Shown piece by piece: positions 19,342-29,639 of a stretch of 64,000 nucleotides of DNA. The notes beneath the pieces are model-generated. The model was not told the origin of the DNA. It saw only the letters and a list, made by a program, of their open reading frames with translations, and did no database searches. Both the position numbers and the translations under genes were made by a program. The stretch is from Candidatus Delongbacteria bacterium (lineage in GTDB: Bacteria > CAIWAD01): NCBI GenBank assembly GCA_963663545.1, contig OY760505.1, positions 576,001 to 640,000 of the forward strand, written 5' to 3'. Positions within the stretch are counted from its first letter, which is position 1. Each line of letters starts with the position of its first letter.

Positions 19342-21130
19342 GGGCGTTCTCGAATTGGAACAGCGTCCGCTGTTTCAGCAGTTGTTCACTGCTTTCGTTC
19401 TGGTCTCGACACTGACGGTGCTGGGTATTACGTGGTACGCCAATCTCTCGGTGCGCGAACAAATCATTTCGGGCGCCCTGAGCGAACTGCAAGTGCGCGC
19501 GACACTGCTTGCGAATCAATTGGACGATGTATCACGGGATACGGGGTACGATTGGCAATCGCTGATCACGCGTCTGCACAAGGGTGTTGACATGCGTATC
19601 ACGCTGATCTCACCGGACGGCACAGTGCTTGCGGACACGGATGGTGATCCCGTCTACATGGACAATCACGCAGGCCGTGAAGAAGTGATGCCAGCACTTG
19701 ACGGCCGTACGGCTCATAGCCAGCGTTTCAGCGCCACCACCGGCGTACAGCGCATGTATCTGGCCTTGCCAATGTTTGATCGGGATTCGCTGGTTACGGC
19801 TGTCTTGCGTACTTCCTACGAGCTGGACGGCGTTGATGCGCGCATTCGTCACATCGCCTCGCGTATCACATTCAGCGGCCTGCTGCTGGCCTTGCTAAGC
19901 TGTCTACTAGGCTTCTATATCAGTCGCCGCTTCAGTCGTCCGCTGGTGCGCATGCGCCAGGTCGCCGACGATTTTGCTGCAGGGCAGCTCGGGCGGCGCT
20001 TGCCTCCCGCCGGAACCCTGGAGCTGAACAGCCTGGCCTCCTCCATGAATAAAATGGCCGCCAGCCTGGACCGTCGTCTACGTGATTTGGCCGAGCAACG
20101 CAATGAGCGCGAGGCTCTGCTGAACTCGATGACCGAAGGTGTGATTGCTGTCGATGGCGAGGGCAATCTGCTCTCCTGCAATCCAGCGGCCCGCACCATG
20201 CTGCAACTCCCCGATGAAGCGCTGCGCGCTCAGCATCTGCCGACCTTGCTGGGTGGAGGTCCGCTGACAGATTTCCTGGATCACATGCTGGCCTCGGGTG
20301 ATCATCGCGAAAGCTGCGAGTTGACGCTGCAGCACGGGAATCCGCTGTACCTGCAAGTCACGGGATCGCCGCTCCAGGACAGTCAGGACAAACGTTTCGG
20401 CGTCTTGATCGTGCTGAATGACATCACGGAACTAAGGGCGCTTGAGGGCATTCGCAAGGAATTCGTCAGCAATGTGAGTCACGAGCTGCGTACGCCGGTG
20501 ACCTCCATTCGGGGTTATGTGGAAACCCTGCGCGATGGCGGCATGCAGGATCCGACGCAGGCGACGCACTTCCTGGAAGTCATCGAGCGCCAGGCCAACC
20601 GGCTAAACAACATCATCGAGGATCTACTGGCTCTGAGCCGCATCGAACGTCGCGAGGATCCTCGTCAGCTCAACCTGCAGGAAATCCAGCTCGACCATCT
20701 GGTATCGGTGATGGTGCAGGATCACTTACCCATTGCGCGTCGCAAGAACATTGCCCTGCAGGGCCAGTGCGCCACTTCGCTGGTTTGGCGCCTGGACATC
20801 AATATGATCGAGCGTGCATTGGTGAATCTGATCATCAACGCCATTCACTACACGGATGATGGCGGTCGTGTCGAACTGCGGGCGTGCGTGAAAGACGAGC
20901 ACCTGCTGCTTGAAGTGCGTGACAACGGCTGTGGCATCTCAAGCGAGCATCTACCGCGCATCTTCGAGCGCTTCTATGTGGTAGACAAAGCGCGCAGTCG
21001 CAGCGTAGGCGGAACGGGACTGGGACTGGCCATCGTGAAGCATGTCGCAGCGGCTCATGGGGGCAAGGTGGAAGTGGAAAGCGTGGCGGCGCAGGGGTCG
21101 ACGTTCCGGCTTGTCCTGCCGAGGGTCTGA
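19322..21130 (+). CDS. phoR: Phosphate regulon sensor histidine kinase (TM, HAMP, PAS, HisKA, HATPase)
   Basis: MDNHAGREEV, RFSATT, EFVSNVSHELRTPVTSIRGYVETL, HLPRIFERFYVVDKARSRSVGGTGLGLAIVKH; adjacent to phoU. Confidence 0.88.
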   Translation: MILRSLKGVLELEQRPLFQQLFTAFVLVSTLTVLGITWYANLSVREQIISGALSELQVRATLLANQLDDVSRDTGYDWQSLITRLHKGVDMRITLISPDGTVLADTDGDPVYMDNHAGREEVMPALDGRTAHSQRFSATTGVQRMYLALPMFDRDSLVTAVLRTSYELDGVDARIRHIASRITFSGLLLALLSCLLGFYISRRFSRPLVRMRQVADDFAAGQLGRRLPPAGTLELNSLASSMNKMAASLDRRLRDLAEQRNEREALLNSMTEGVIAVDGEGNLLSCNPAARTMLQLPDEALRAQHLPTLLGGGPLTDFLDHMLASGDHRESCELTLQHGNPLYLQVTGSPLQDSQDKRFGVLIVLNDITELRALEGIRKEFVSNVSHELRTPVTSIRGYVETLRDGGMQDPTQATHFLEVIERQANRLNNIIEDLLALSRIERREDPRQLNLQEIQLDHLVSVMVQDHLPIARRKNIALQGQCATSLVWRLDINMIERALVNLIINAIHYTDDGGRVELRACVKDEHLLLEVRDNGCGISSEHLPRIFERFYVVDKARSRSVGGTGLGLAIVKHVAAAHGGKVEVESVAAQGSTFRLVLPRV

Positions 21131-21226
21131 CACCGGTCTGGCACCCGTCTGGCACGGGTCTGACCCCTCCGCGCTGATTTCGTCCAACTCAGCAGACATG
21201 TCCAAGCATGTACACAGATACCAAAG
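21123..21226 (+). repeat. Dispersed ~100 bp element, copy 1 (four 11-bp GTCTG[AG]C units plus tail)
   Basis: GGTCTGACACC GGTCTGGCACC CGTCTGGCACG GGTCTGACCCC, then ..CAACTC..GACATGTCCA..ACAC..CAAAGC shared with 22117-22212. Confidence 0.75.
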
Positions 21227-21409
21227 CCAGCGCCTCGCCAGTAAGCGTGTTGACTGTCCAAGAATCTTTGCACGCCTTTTCAGCCAGCGCAAACAACCTG
21301 CACGGATCCTGTCGCAAGCAGAAGCGAACGTCCATGCGGTGCGCAAACCTGCATCTAATCCCGCTCTTACAATGCAGTGTCACCTTCGCGTATCATGAAG
21401 AGGTGAACC

Positions 21410-22114
21410 ATGCATTTGCAACGCAGTGTCGAAGACGTCAAACGCGGTCTTTTTGGTCTGGGCGCGCTCGTGCAGCAGCAGCTTGAGCTGGCACTGATCG
21501 CTGTCAAGCAGCGTGATACAAAAACCGCTGCACGAGTGATTGCCGGTGATGATTTTGTGGATGAACGAGAGTTGGCCCTGGACGAGCAGGTGATGGGACT
21601 TCTTGCCGTTCACCAACCGCAAGGTGAGGACCTGCGCTATCTGCTGGGAATCCTCAAGCTGACCACAGAGTTGGAGCGCATTGGCGACTTGGCGGTGGAC
21701 ATTGCGCGACAAGCTCCGCGCATGGCCGTCGCCGATGAAGACATCCCACCACTGCCCCACCAATTAGACGCGTTCGCTGGCCAGATCCATCGCCAATTGC
21801 GCATGGCTCAGGACGCGCTGGTCTACCGCGACTCGGAACTGGCGGATCATCTGCTTGCCGAACAGGATGAAACGCAGCAGTTGTATCACGAGATTCGCAT
21901 GGAAGCTCGGGAGGCGATGGCACGCGGTCGCTGGTTGGCACAAAGCCAACTCTCGATGATCGAAATTGCTGCCGCGCTCAATCGAGTGCGCGCTCACAGC
22001 GCCAATGTGGCCGAATATGTGCTCTGGCTTGTCCGAGGTGAGCTGGTCCGCCATGGCAGCCGCCGCGTGATACAACGCACGCTGCAGCACGATCTGAGCC
22101 GGTCAGCGCAGTAG
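21410..22114 (+). CDS. phoU: Phosphate signalling complex protein PhoU
   Basis: DDFVDERE, HQPQGEDLR, ELERIGDLAVDIA, LNRVRAHSANVAEYV. Confidence 0.93.
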   Translation: MHLQRSVEDVKRGLFGLGALVQQQLELALIAVKQRDTKTAARVIAGDDFVDERELALDEQVMGLLAVHQPQGEDLRYLLGILKLTTELERIGDLAVDIARQAPRMAVADEDIPPLPHQLDAFAGQIHRQLRMAQDALVYRDSELADHLLAEQDETQQLYHEIRMEAREAMARGRWLAQSQLSMIEIAAALNRVRAHSANVAEYVLWLVRGELVRHGSRRVIQRTLQHDLSRSAQ

Positions 22115-22116
22115 GC

Positions 22117-22212
22117 GGGGTCTGGCACGTGTCTGGCACGGGTCTGACCCCCTCCTCTCCGGTTCTGTCAACTCCCCCCGACATGTCCACACCCGAACAC
22201 ACCATTCAAAGC
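22117..22212 (+). repeat. Dispersed ~100 bp element, copy 2 (three 11-bp units plus tail)
   Basis: GGTCTGGCACG TGTCTGGCACG GGTCTGACCCC, then ..CAACTC..GACATGTCCA..ACAC..CAAAGC. Confidence 0.75.
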
Positions 22213-22270
22213 GGCAAGCGCGTATTCAGAAACCAGCGCATGTCAATCTCCCTGAACACTGGCACTAGAA

Positions 22271-22308
22271 AGAGAAAAGCCCCCGAATCGCACAGCGACC
22301 CGGGGGCT
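22271..22308 (-). terminator. Terminator of the CBM20-like gene
   Basis: AGCCCCCG...CGGGGGCT stem followed on minus strand by TTTCTCTTT. Confidence 0.7.
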
Positions 22309-22330
22309 GAGGCTTCCAAGAAGCAGACGC

Positions 22331-23782
22331 TTACTTGACCAGCATCATCTTGCCAGCCTGCAGCTCGCCCTGGGCCTCGACCGTGTACAGGTAGAGACCG
22401 CTGGACAGTGCACTGCCGTCGAAGCGGATGTTGTTCTCGCCACCCATGTAATAGGAGGCACTGCTGGCCACCAGGGCACCGCGCAGGTCGTAGACCTTGA
22501 ACTGCACCTGACCCGCCTCACGCAGGGAGAACTCGATGCGCGTGGAGGGGTTGAAGGGGTTCGGATAGTTGCCCTTCAGCTCGAAGGCCTTGGCCACTGC
22601 GGGAACATCCTCGACTCCCAACGTTCCATACCACATATCGAAGGGATAACCGAAGAGGTCGTGGACTGTATCGGTGCTGTTGGTGTCGTCGATGGTGTAG
22701 CTGTGGTTCTCTTCAAAACCAGCCTCGTTGTCAGCACCATTGGCACCGTACTTGTAACCAACGGCACGGGCAGAACCGGCAGCAAACTCCACAGTGGCTT
22801 CCCACAGGGTACCCGAGGTGGGCTGCAACTGGTAGTCTACGGGCACCGCGCCCCAGGGCCAGCTGTTCCAGGCACCACAGACACCGATGTAGTTGATGTC
22901 ATCGTAGCTGGTGAGGCCGCCGTTCTCTTCGCCGGGATTCTCAACAAACCACTGCTGTACCGTCCAGGCATCGCAGATGAAGGTCAAGGCCACGTCCTGG
23001 CTAATCACATCGTCAAAGGTAACATTGCTGAAAAAGACCTCGTCGGCAACAAACTCATAGTAATCGTTACCATTGTCATCGGGCCAAGAGCTCTGCGGAA
23101 TGACGACGCGATTGCCACCGGGCAAGTCTTCCCAGGTAGCGGCATCTTCACTACCATCTTCCAGAATGACGAATTTGTACTCAACACCCGTTGTCATGCT
23201 GACGGCATCCATCTGGACAAGCAGGGTGTACAGGTTCGGCGATCCCGTAACAGGCTCGAGCTCGACGGCTCCACCCCAGCTTCCCAGTGCAGTGTGGCTA
23301 CCGCGGATTACGATCAAGTCGTTCTCTGGATCCCAGTTGTCGGGCACCAAGGCCTGAACAGCCATGTTCACGTAGAAGCGAACTTCGATGTCCATCAGGC
23401 TGGGGACTTCGTTTACGTCGTTGTAATACACCGGGTCCAGGGTGAGGTCGGCGTTGTTGAAATCGAAAGTACGATTGGCAACGTCTTCCCAGAAATCACC
23501 ATCGGGAGCGACGATGACATACTTGTATTCGTACGGGGTCAGCTCCGCCACATCGGCAAAGTCAAAACCACCCGTGTACAGCCCATCACCCGCATCGGTC
23601 AACTGATAAGCGTTTCCCCCCCAGCTATTGAAGCTGCCGCGTACGACAACAATATCTTCGGCGGGATCAAACGCACCCAAGGCTTCCTGCACATCCATAT
23701 GCACCTGGAAGGTAACCGTGCTCTGAGCATAAGCACCGGCTGCCACCAGCAGCATCATGGAAGCAGTAATCAGCTTCTTCAT
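22331..23782 (-). CDS. Secreted protein with three CBM20-like modules and T9SS type A sorting domain
   Basis: Repeats of VTF.V.M..RGSFNSWG..YEYK[YF]VI..WE...NR; C-terminal NYPNPFNPSTRIEF..LSSGLYLY..KMMLVK; no catalytic domain seen. Confidence 0.82.
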   Translation of the reverse strand: MKKLITASMMLLVAAGAYAQSTVTFQVHMDVQEALGAFDPAEDIVVVRGSFNSWGGNAYQLTDAGDGLYTGGFDFADVAELTPYEYKYVIVAPDGDFWEDVANRTFDFNNADLTLDPVYYNDVNEVPSLMDIEVRFYVNMAVQALVPDNWDPENDLIVIRGSHTALGSWGGAVELEPVTGSPNLYTLLVQMDAVSMTTGVEYKFVILEDGSEDAATWEDLPGGNRVVIPQSSWPDDNGNDYYEFVADEVFFSNVTFDDVISQDVALTFICDAWTVQQWFVENPGEENGGLTSYDDINYIGVCGAWNSWPWGAVPVDYQLQPTSGTLWEATVEFAAGSARAVGYKYGANGADNEAGFEENHSYTIDDTNSTDTVHDLFGYPFDMWYGTLGVEDVPAVAKAFELKGNYPNPFNPSTRIEFSLREAGQVQFKVYDLRGALVASSASYYMGGENNIRFDGSALSSGLYLYTVEAQGELQAGKMMLVK

Positions 23783-23934
23783 GTTTCCTCCGTTGTTACA
23801 CACCGTATCTCATTGCCAGAGTCCTGGCTTGTCAAGACCAGCGCTTCCGATAGCTTCAGGTTGCATGGACTCGCTGGCGGCAAATCTCTGTATCGGCCAA
23901 AGATATAACATCCTGATTGTTGCAACAACTGCAG

Positions 23935-24954
23935 CTACCAAGTGATACCCAGGCTGTAGCGAACCACGCTTTCCAAACGACCCATGTCTTCCCACGAGGC
24001 ATCGAGCTTCAATCCCAGGCCACTTAGCATGGGAATCTGCAAACCGGCGCCCACCGTCAGGCCACCTTCCTTGTCCGTCAGGAAGATCTCGTTGTACCCA
24101 CCGCGCACAAAGAAACGGTTCATGAAGCCGTATTCGGCACCCACGTTGATGAACTCCGAGTTGTCAACCGGGTGAACCGCATCGGCTGCCAGCAGCAAGG
24201 AATGCTGCGGAGTGGCGATGGCGTACCCCGAAAGGCCCATGCGGAAAGTCAACGGCAACGGCCAGTCTTCATTGTAGAGCTCCGCCGGAACCGAGGGATT
24301 GTTACCACGAGAGTTCTCATCCTCGTCGTAGCCAATCAACATGTCCGAACCACTCATCGCCATTTCGGTGCCGTAATTATAGATGCCCATGCCCAAAACC
24401 ACATCGTGCCAGCCTGTGTGATACAAGGTTCCCACATCCAAAGCGACCGCGCTGGAAGACATGTGCCAGATTTTCGACTGAATGTACTTGCCGGTCATGC
24501 CCAGCGTAAAGCGGTCTGTGAAGCGCATGGCGAAGGTCAGCCCCATGGACATGTCGCTGGCCGAATAGAACTCGCCCGTTCCGTCCTGCTCCTCAATCGT
24601 GGTGACTTCAGTCTCGCCGTAATCCAGGTAGATCAGGCTGGCTCCAATGGAGTAGTAGTCGCCCAGCGGTGTTACAAAGCCAAGGTAGTTCATGGTGGTT
24701 TCTACCAGATACTCGGTTTGTAAGGCCATCACTTCCGAGCCCTGGATTTCCAGCGAACCCGCCGGATTCCAGTAGAGACAGGAGGCGTCATCGGCGATCG
24801 CCGTGTAGGCACCGCCCATGCCCTGCGCCCTACTGCCCTGTTCGATGGTCAGAAATGCGCCTGCTGTTGTTCCCACGCGCGTGATTCCCGCCAGCGAGCT
24901 GCCTGCCAGTGTCAGAAGCAGGCCCAGCATAATTGTATTGCGATTGGTCTTCAT
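23935..24954 (-). CDS. PorV/PorQ family outer-membrane protein
   Basis: GTTAGAFLTIEQGSRAQGMGGAYTAIADDASCLYWNPAG; terminal beta strand YSLGITW. Confidence 0.9.
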   Translation of the reverse strand: MKTNRNTIMLGLLLTLAGSSLAGITRVGTTAGAFLTIEQGSRAQGMGGAYTAIADDASCLYWNPAGSLEIQGSEVMALQTEYLVETTMNYLGFVTPLGDYYSIGASLIYLDYGETEVTTIEEQDGTGEFYSASDMSMGLTFAMRFTDRFTLGMTGKYIQSKIWHMSSSAVALDVGTLYHTGWHDVVLGMGIYNYGTEMAMSGSDMLIGYDEDENSRGNNPSVPAELYNEDWPLPLTFRMGLSGYAIATPQHSLLLAADAVHPVDNSEFINVGAEYGFMNRFFVRGGYNEIFLTDKEGGLTVGAGLQIPMLSGLGLKLDASWEDMGRLESVVRYSLGITW

Positions 24955-24969
24955 GCTTCTCTCCTTGGC

Positions 24970-27900
24970 CTACTTGATCAGGGCAAACTTGCCACGATGC
25001 TCACCCGCCGGGCTGTCCACGTGGTAGAAGTACATGCCCGTGGCCACGTCCAGTCCTTCCTTGGACTTCAGGTTCCAATCCAGACTGCCGTCCCAGACTT
25101 CCTCGTCGTGATACAGGGTCTGCACCAGTTCGCCACGCACCGTGTAGACGCGCACCGTGCAGCGCGGTGGCAAGTGAATGAACTGAATCTTGCGTGCACC
25201 GCGGTTACCCGAAATGGGCGCCTCTTCCCACACCGCGCTGGCGATGTAGGGATTGGGCACAACGCGAATGTCACTGAGTTCCGTGCCACTGGTGCTTACA
25301 TTCCAATCGGCACCCTGAACAATGAAGGAATAGCGATCCATCTTGTCGAAGGGACGCAGGGTGTAGGCGTAGTACTCGTTGCCGACAGCCGGGTAGAGAT
25401 AGCTCTCAGGCGTGCCAGCCACGGATCCTAAAGTCCACGAATAAACCGAATCGCCGTCCGCTTCTTCATAGAACAGCAAATTGTCGCCGTAGTGAATGGG
25501 CTCAGCCTCCACATCCGTGCTGCGATGCTCATCATCATCCGGTGAGAGGCTGATGTTCGGATTGTAGATCCAGAACTGTACCGGCGTCTCGTTGTCACCG
25601 ACCACCTTGTATAGACGGAACATGCTACTGTGGCCGGGAAGAAGATTTCTGAAGACTCGCGGATAGCGCGTCGAATCGGCAAAGACCTGTGGTGAACGTG
25701 CATAAGCGCCCGTGCCCGGATCGACCACTTCCAGACGATAGTTGTCAGGAATGGCTGTTCCACGCAGGAAGGTAATGCCGCCACTATCCAGATTGGCCAG
25801 TCGTAGCGACCAGGGCATCACCAGGCTGTCACCCACCTGCTCGACGGTCCAGCCGGAGTTTTCGGAGTCCAGCTTGATATCCCAGTCATTATCAAACTCA
25901 ACGCGCACGCCTTCCACTACAGGGAAGTAGTTGCTGTGCGTAGTCTGATAGCCCGTCAGATCCAGACAGAGCTGCTTGTGCACCAGGTTGTAGTAATAGG
26001 TGAACTGGACTTCGTACAGGGTCTCGGTATCCAGCGTGTCCAGGAAGGGATCCAGGAAGACCACCAGACCGGAGTCAAAATTCACGTCGATGACACCGGT
26101 GCTGTCCAGGACTTCACCAGTATCCAAACGCGTGTTCACTTCAAGAATCTGATTGTAGCTCAGCAGACGGGCCTCGAAGCCTTCGGCCTGCACACCTGCG
26201 TGAGCCAGACCCTGCTGGGGGGTCTCAGTGTTGATGGAATACACTTCCTGCGCTGGCGGTACGCCTTCGCGGGTCATGGTCCAGGCAAAAGCAGGCACCA
26301 TCACCTCGCCCAGCAGGGAGCGCACTGAATCGTAGGGGATTTCCGACACTTCCAGCACCCACACACTGTCACCGATGATGTTGTTCCAGCGCCATCTCCA
26401 AGTGGAATCAGGCGTGTATTCCGTGTACTCCCAACCGACAACATCCTCAATGCGTCCGGTTGTATCTGGAATCATGGAGATCGTGTAGGTTCCACCGTCT
26501 ACCAACGCGGTCTCGTCCACAATCGCTGGAGACACCAGACCCGTTGCATCACCGATGTCGTGACTTGCCTCGGCAAGCACAAGCGGAGGCACGTATCCGG
26601 AAACCGGCGCAGTCGGTGTCACATAAGCCGTGTTCACATCCAATGTCACAAGGCCGCCTGCATCCAGACTGGCCTGCTTGGCGCATTCCGCTGGCAGGAA
26701 ACCGGCCACTTCGTCACCCGCATCGTAGGAAGTGACGGCGTAGAAGTAGCTGCGTCCGTTGACGGCTGTGGTATCCACCCAGGAGTGTACCAAACCGCTG
26801 TTGTCGCCCAGATAATACTGGGTGCCGCGATAAGGAATCGCAAAATAGCCCTCGACATCATCAACAAGGTCGAACTGGGCTACGGGCAGAAAGGCGCTTT
26901 GCGTGCCCTGGCCATCGGTGATCACGTAGTTGTCCAGAAAACCTGCGTCGGTGGCGCGATAAATGCGATAGCCCTGGAAATCGCGCAGGTGGCTGACGCG
27001 GTCCACCGAGAACTCGGCACGGTCATCCCAGTAGAGGGTCACCTGTCCGTCACCGGGAACGGCGGTCACAATCGGCTTGGCGGGCGGCTGAATGAAATTG
27101 TAGTTCTCGTCGTAGATGGTCTGCACCGTGCTCAGGTTCTCGAGGATGTCGTCTTCGGTCTCACCAAAGACCACGGCCAGAGAAATGCGCTGTGTCTCAC
27201 CCGCGCGCAGTGGGAAATAACCCGTGCCGTAGATGAAGTCATAATCAGCACCTTCAGTGCCTGTCGAATCAAACCTGCCAGGCGCCATGCGATTCCAGGT
27301 ATCGCTGTCATCACTTGGCGAAAACTCGTTGAACTCAAACTCATTAAAACTGGTCAAACCGATCTGATCGGATTCGGTAATGTCCAGAGCGTCGAAGTGG
27401 GGTTCGCCAGCAGTAGGAATGCCGTCGCCCTCTCCACTATCACCGGTGGCAGGTTGACCATCGGATCCAAGGTCGTCGTATTCCGGATCCCAGTCGCCGT
27501 CGTTGTCAATGCCGTCGTCGCGACGCTCATCAATAAGGTAATCGTAAGCCTGCAGAACGGCCAGGGGCACTTCCACCCACTCATCGCCTGCGGGAGTACC
27601 GAGTCCCAATTCCTGCCAATCGAAATAGGCCGCACCAGTGAAAGCCTGGTTCTCATCAATCAGGCCGTTGAAGTTATCGTCCAACAGGTTTCCGGGGATC
27701 TCGGCAACAACAACACCGTCATAGAGCTTAAGTTGTTCGTTGCGCCAGGTCAGAATCAGAGTATCCTGAGCGGGCACATTGACGATATAGCGCGGATACA
27801 GACCGGACTCGTGCTCATAGTCGATGACCACTACTTCATCACCCGCCAAAAGCTGCTTGTCGGAGAGCATCTCCTCCAGAACCTCTTCCGTCAGGCGTGG

Positions 27901-29619
27901 AACGATAAGTGTATCACCCTGACTATCGCCGTCATTATCAATCCAGTCCACGCTGTTACCTGGTGATTCCAGGAAAGCGTAGCCAACTCGACCGACATTG
28001 ACTACGCCCGGATGAACCGGAACCCAGTTGGAATCCTGCGAACGGTCATCCTCGTCCTCTGTGTAACAGAATTCCTCGTCCAGCAGGAAGTGATTGATGT
28101 CATCGCTGGAGTCACCATCGCCACCCACCAGGGTGCCGCAGACCATACCGAAGACCACTTTGTCATAGTTGATGTCGCTGGCATTGGTAATGTCGTAGAG
28201 CCAGAAGATGACATCCTCGGCCAGACTGTGCGCCCACTGCATACCACGCACGCTGACCTTCAGGCCCATACCGCCGTGGGTTGTATCATCGGCGAAGGGC
28301 TGAATGCGGCGAATGGGCTGGTACACATGATCCTCGGGATCCTCACCGATGAGCTTGACAACTCTTTCGCTACCAGCGTAGGGGCTGAAGATGCCCAGCG
28401 TGAAGGTACTGTTATCATCGGGCAGACACGATGTGTAGTAACGGTACTGACTACCGCTGGAAGTACGGATATTGAAATGATGCAAGCCATCACTGTTGCT
28501 GGTGGCAGGCAGCGAGATATAGTCGCTTATATCGCCGTAGCCCGACAATGCGGCCACAGTCTGGCCGTCTACCTGAAACTCAAGTCCAGTGACATTGGAG
28601 TCCGCAACCATGTGCAGAAAGCGTACCTGACGTGGTGCGCTGCAGGGTTGATCCTGATAGCTGATCAGTTCCAGACTTATAGTAGGTGAGTCTTCATTGA
28701 TATCAAGCACGCTGCCGCTGAAGACACCGGTAACCCGCGTTCCCGCAGCCGGTGCCTGAAACTGCAACACTGTCTGCATGCTGGGGCTGTTCAAGGTCGA
28801 CCCTGCCTGCAGGTTATAGGTACCTGGAGCCAAACTAAGGTAACCGTAGTAAGCGCCCGCCATGACAGGATCCATTGCCATGAGGATTTCGCCATTGCTG
28901 TTGAGAATGCGATAGGCTAGACGCTCTGTAGTCGTGTTGGCATATACGGAGAACACGGGGCGGAAGTAGCTGCGTCCACTTGGAACGTTCACCGGTGTGG
29001 ACGGAAAGTTCTCGCGCCAGAAGCAGCGGTCCACATTGTCCGGTTGACCGTAATCGGTCTGCATGAACTCCATATCCAGGTTGTCGTCCATCCAGAAGTA
29101 GCTCTCCTGGTCGGCGTTGAGCACGTCACGACCGAAGTAGCCGTTCCAGGAGCCGGGCCAGCCCTTGTCGGGCCAGGTATTCGGCCAGGACAGGGGCATG
29201 TGGCTCATGGCGATCAGGTTCGTATCGTTGTTGGCAAAGCCGTCCATGGGCGCAAAGGTCCAGTATTCGGCGATGTTCTGCGGATTGACATCGTAGCGTT
29301 GGCGCGGGCTGCGGCTGTGAGCCACACTGCGGTAGGCTTTGCCGGTTAGCGCGTTGAAGTACTCCACACCCACCAGAATGGACACGTCACCCACGTAGTT
29401 GTCGCCGGTTCCGCGGGGCCACTCAAACGAAAAGGCGTCAATGCCTTCGTAGCGACCGATCTCACCGGAATTGTAGAAGACCGTTCGCACCATGTTGCCC
29501 GAGTGCATGTTTTTCTTGCGGGTGTCCATGGTGCCGTATTCGTCGTCGTACCATTCTCCCTGCGCCAGCAGCGGCAGAAGGAGGGCAACGAGCAGAAATA
29601 GTGAAGTGATTTTCTTCAT
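24970..29619 (-). CDS. Giant secreted acidic protein with FN3-like region and T9SS-like C-terminal domain
   Basis: Signal peptide; FEWPRGTG..Y.GD; DGIDNDGD repeats; PGDGQVTLYWD..FQGYRIYR; IRVVPNPY..IQFIHLP..VYTVRGELV..WNLKS..VATGMYFYHV..GKFALIK. Confidence 0.85.
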   Translation of the reverse strand: MKKITSLFLLVALLLPLLAQGEWYDDEYGTMDTRKKNMHSGNMVRTVFYNSGEIGRYEGIDAFSFEWPRGTGDNYVGDVSILVGVEYFNALTGKAYRSVAHSRSPRQRYDVNPQNIAEYWTFAPMDGFANNDTNLIAMSHMPLSWPNTWPDKGWPGSWNGYFGRDVLNADQESYFWMDDNLDMEFMQTDYGQPDNVDRCFWRENFPSTPVNVPSGRSYFRPVFSVYANTTTERLAYRILNSNGEILMAMDPVMAGAYYGYLSLAPGTYNLQAGSTLNSPSMQTVLQFQAPAAGTRVTGVFSGSVLDINEDSPTISLELISYQDQPCSAPRQVRFLHMVADSNVTGLEFQVDGQTVAALSGYGDISDYISLPATSNSDGLHHFNIRTSSGSQYRYYTSCLPDDNSTFTLGIFSPYAGSERVVKLIGEDPEDHVYQPIRRIQPFADDTTHGGMGLKVSVRGMQWAHSLAEDVIFWLYDITNASDINYDKVVFGMVCGTLVGGDGDSSDDINHFLLDEEFCYTEDEDDRSQDSNWVPVHPGVVNVGRVGYAFLESPGNSVDWIDNDGDSQGDTLIVPRLTEEVLEEMLSDKQLLAGDEVVVIDYEHESGLYPRYIVNVPAQDTLILTWRNEQLKLYDGVVVAEIPGNLLDDNFNGLIDENQAFTGAAYFDWQELGLGTPAGDEWVEVPLAVLQAYDYLIDERRDDGIDNDGDWDPEYDDLGSDGQPATGDSGEGDGIPTAGEPHFDALDITESDQIGLTSFNEFEFNEFSPSDDSDTWNRMAPGRFDSTGTEGADYDFIYGTGYFPLRAGETQRISLAVVFGETEDDILENLSTVQTIYDENYNFIQPPAKPIVTAVPGDGQVTLYWDDRAEFSVDRVSHLRDFQGYRIYRATDAGFLDNYVITDGQGTQSAFLPVAQFDLVDDVEGYFAIPYRGTQYYLGDNSGLVHSWVDTTAVNGRSYFYAVTSYDAGDEVAGFLPAECAKQASLDAGGLVTLDVNTAYVTPTAPVSGYVPPLVLAEASHDIGDATGLVSPAIVDETALVDGGTYTISMIPDTTGRIEDVVGWEYTEYTPDSTWRWRWNNIIGDSVWVLEVSEIPYDSVRSLLGEVMVPAFAWTMTREGVPPAQEVYSINTETPQQGLAHAGVQAEGFEARLLSYNQILEVNTRLDTGEVLDSTGVIDVNFDSGLVVFLDPFLDTLDTETLYEVQFTYYYNLVHKQLCLDLTGYQTTHSNYFPVVEGVRVEFDNDWDIKLDSENSGWTVEQVGDSLVMPWSLRLANLDSGGITFLRGTAIPDNYRLEVVDPGTGAYARSPQVFADSTRYPRVFRNLLPGHSSMFRLYKVVGDNETPVQFWIYNPNISLSPDDDEHRSTDVEAEPIHYGDNLLFYEEADGDSVYSWTLGSVAGTPESYLYPAVGNEYYAYTLRPFDKMDRYSFIVQGADWNVSTSGTELSDIRVVPNPYIASAVWEEAPISGNRGARKIQFIHLPPRCTVRVYTVRGELVQTLYHDEEVWDGSLDWNLKSKEGLDVATGMYFYHVDSPAGEHRGKFALIK

Positions 29620-29639
29620 TGAAGGAATCCCCCGACGCA

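Noticed and set aside
21364..21396. Pho box upstream of phoU (GTGTCAC near TATCAT)
   Set aside because: No second half-site at 11-bp spacing, and GTGTCAC is common throughout the window.
23917..23928. Palindrome TTGTTGCAACAA as an operator
   Set aside because: Single short instance overlapping a putative -35; no regulator or second copy supports it.
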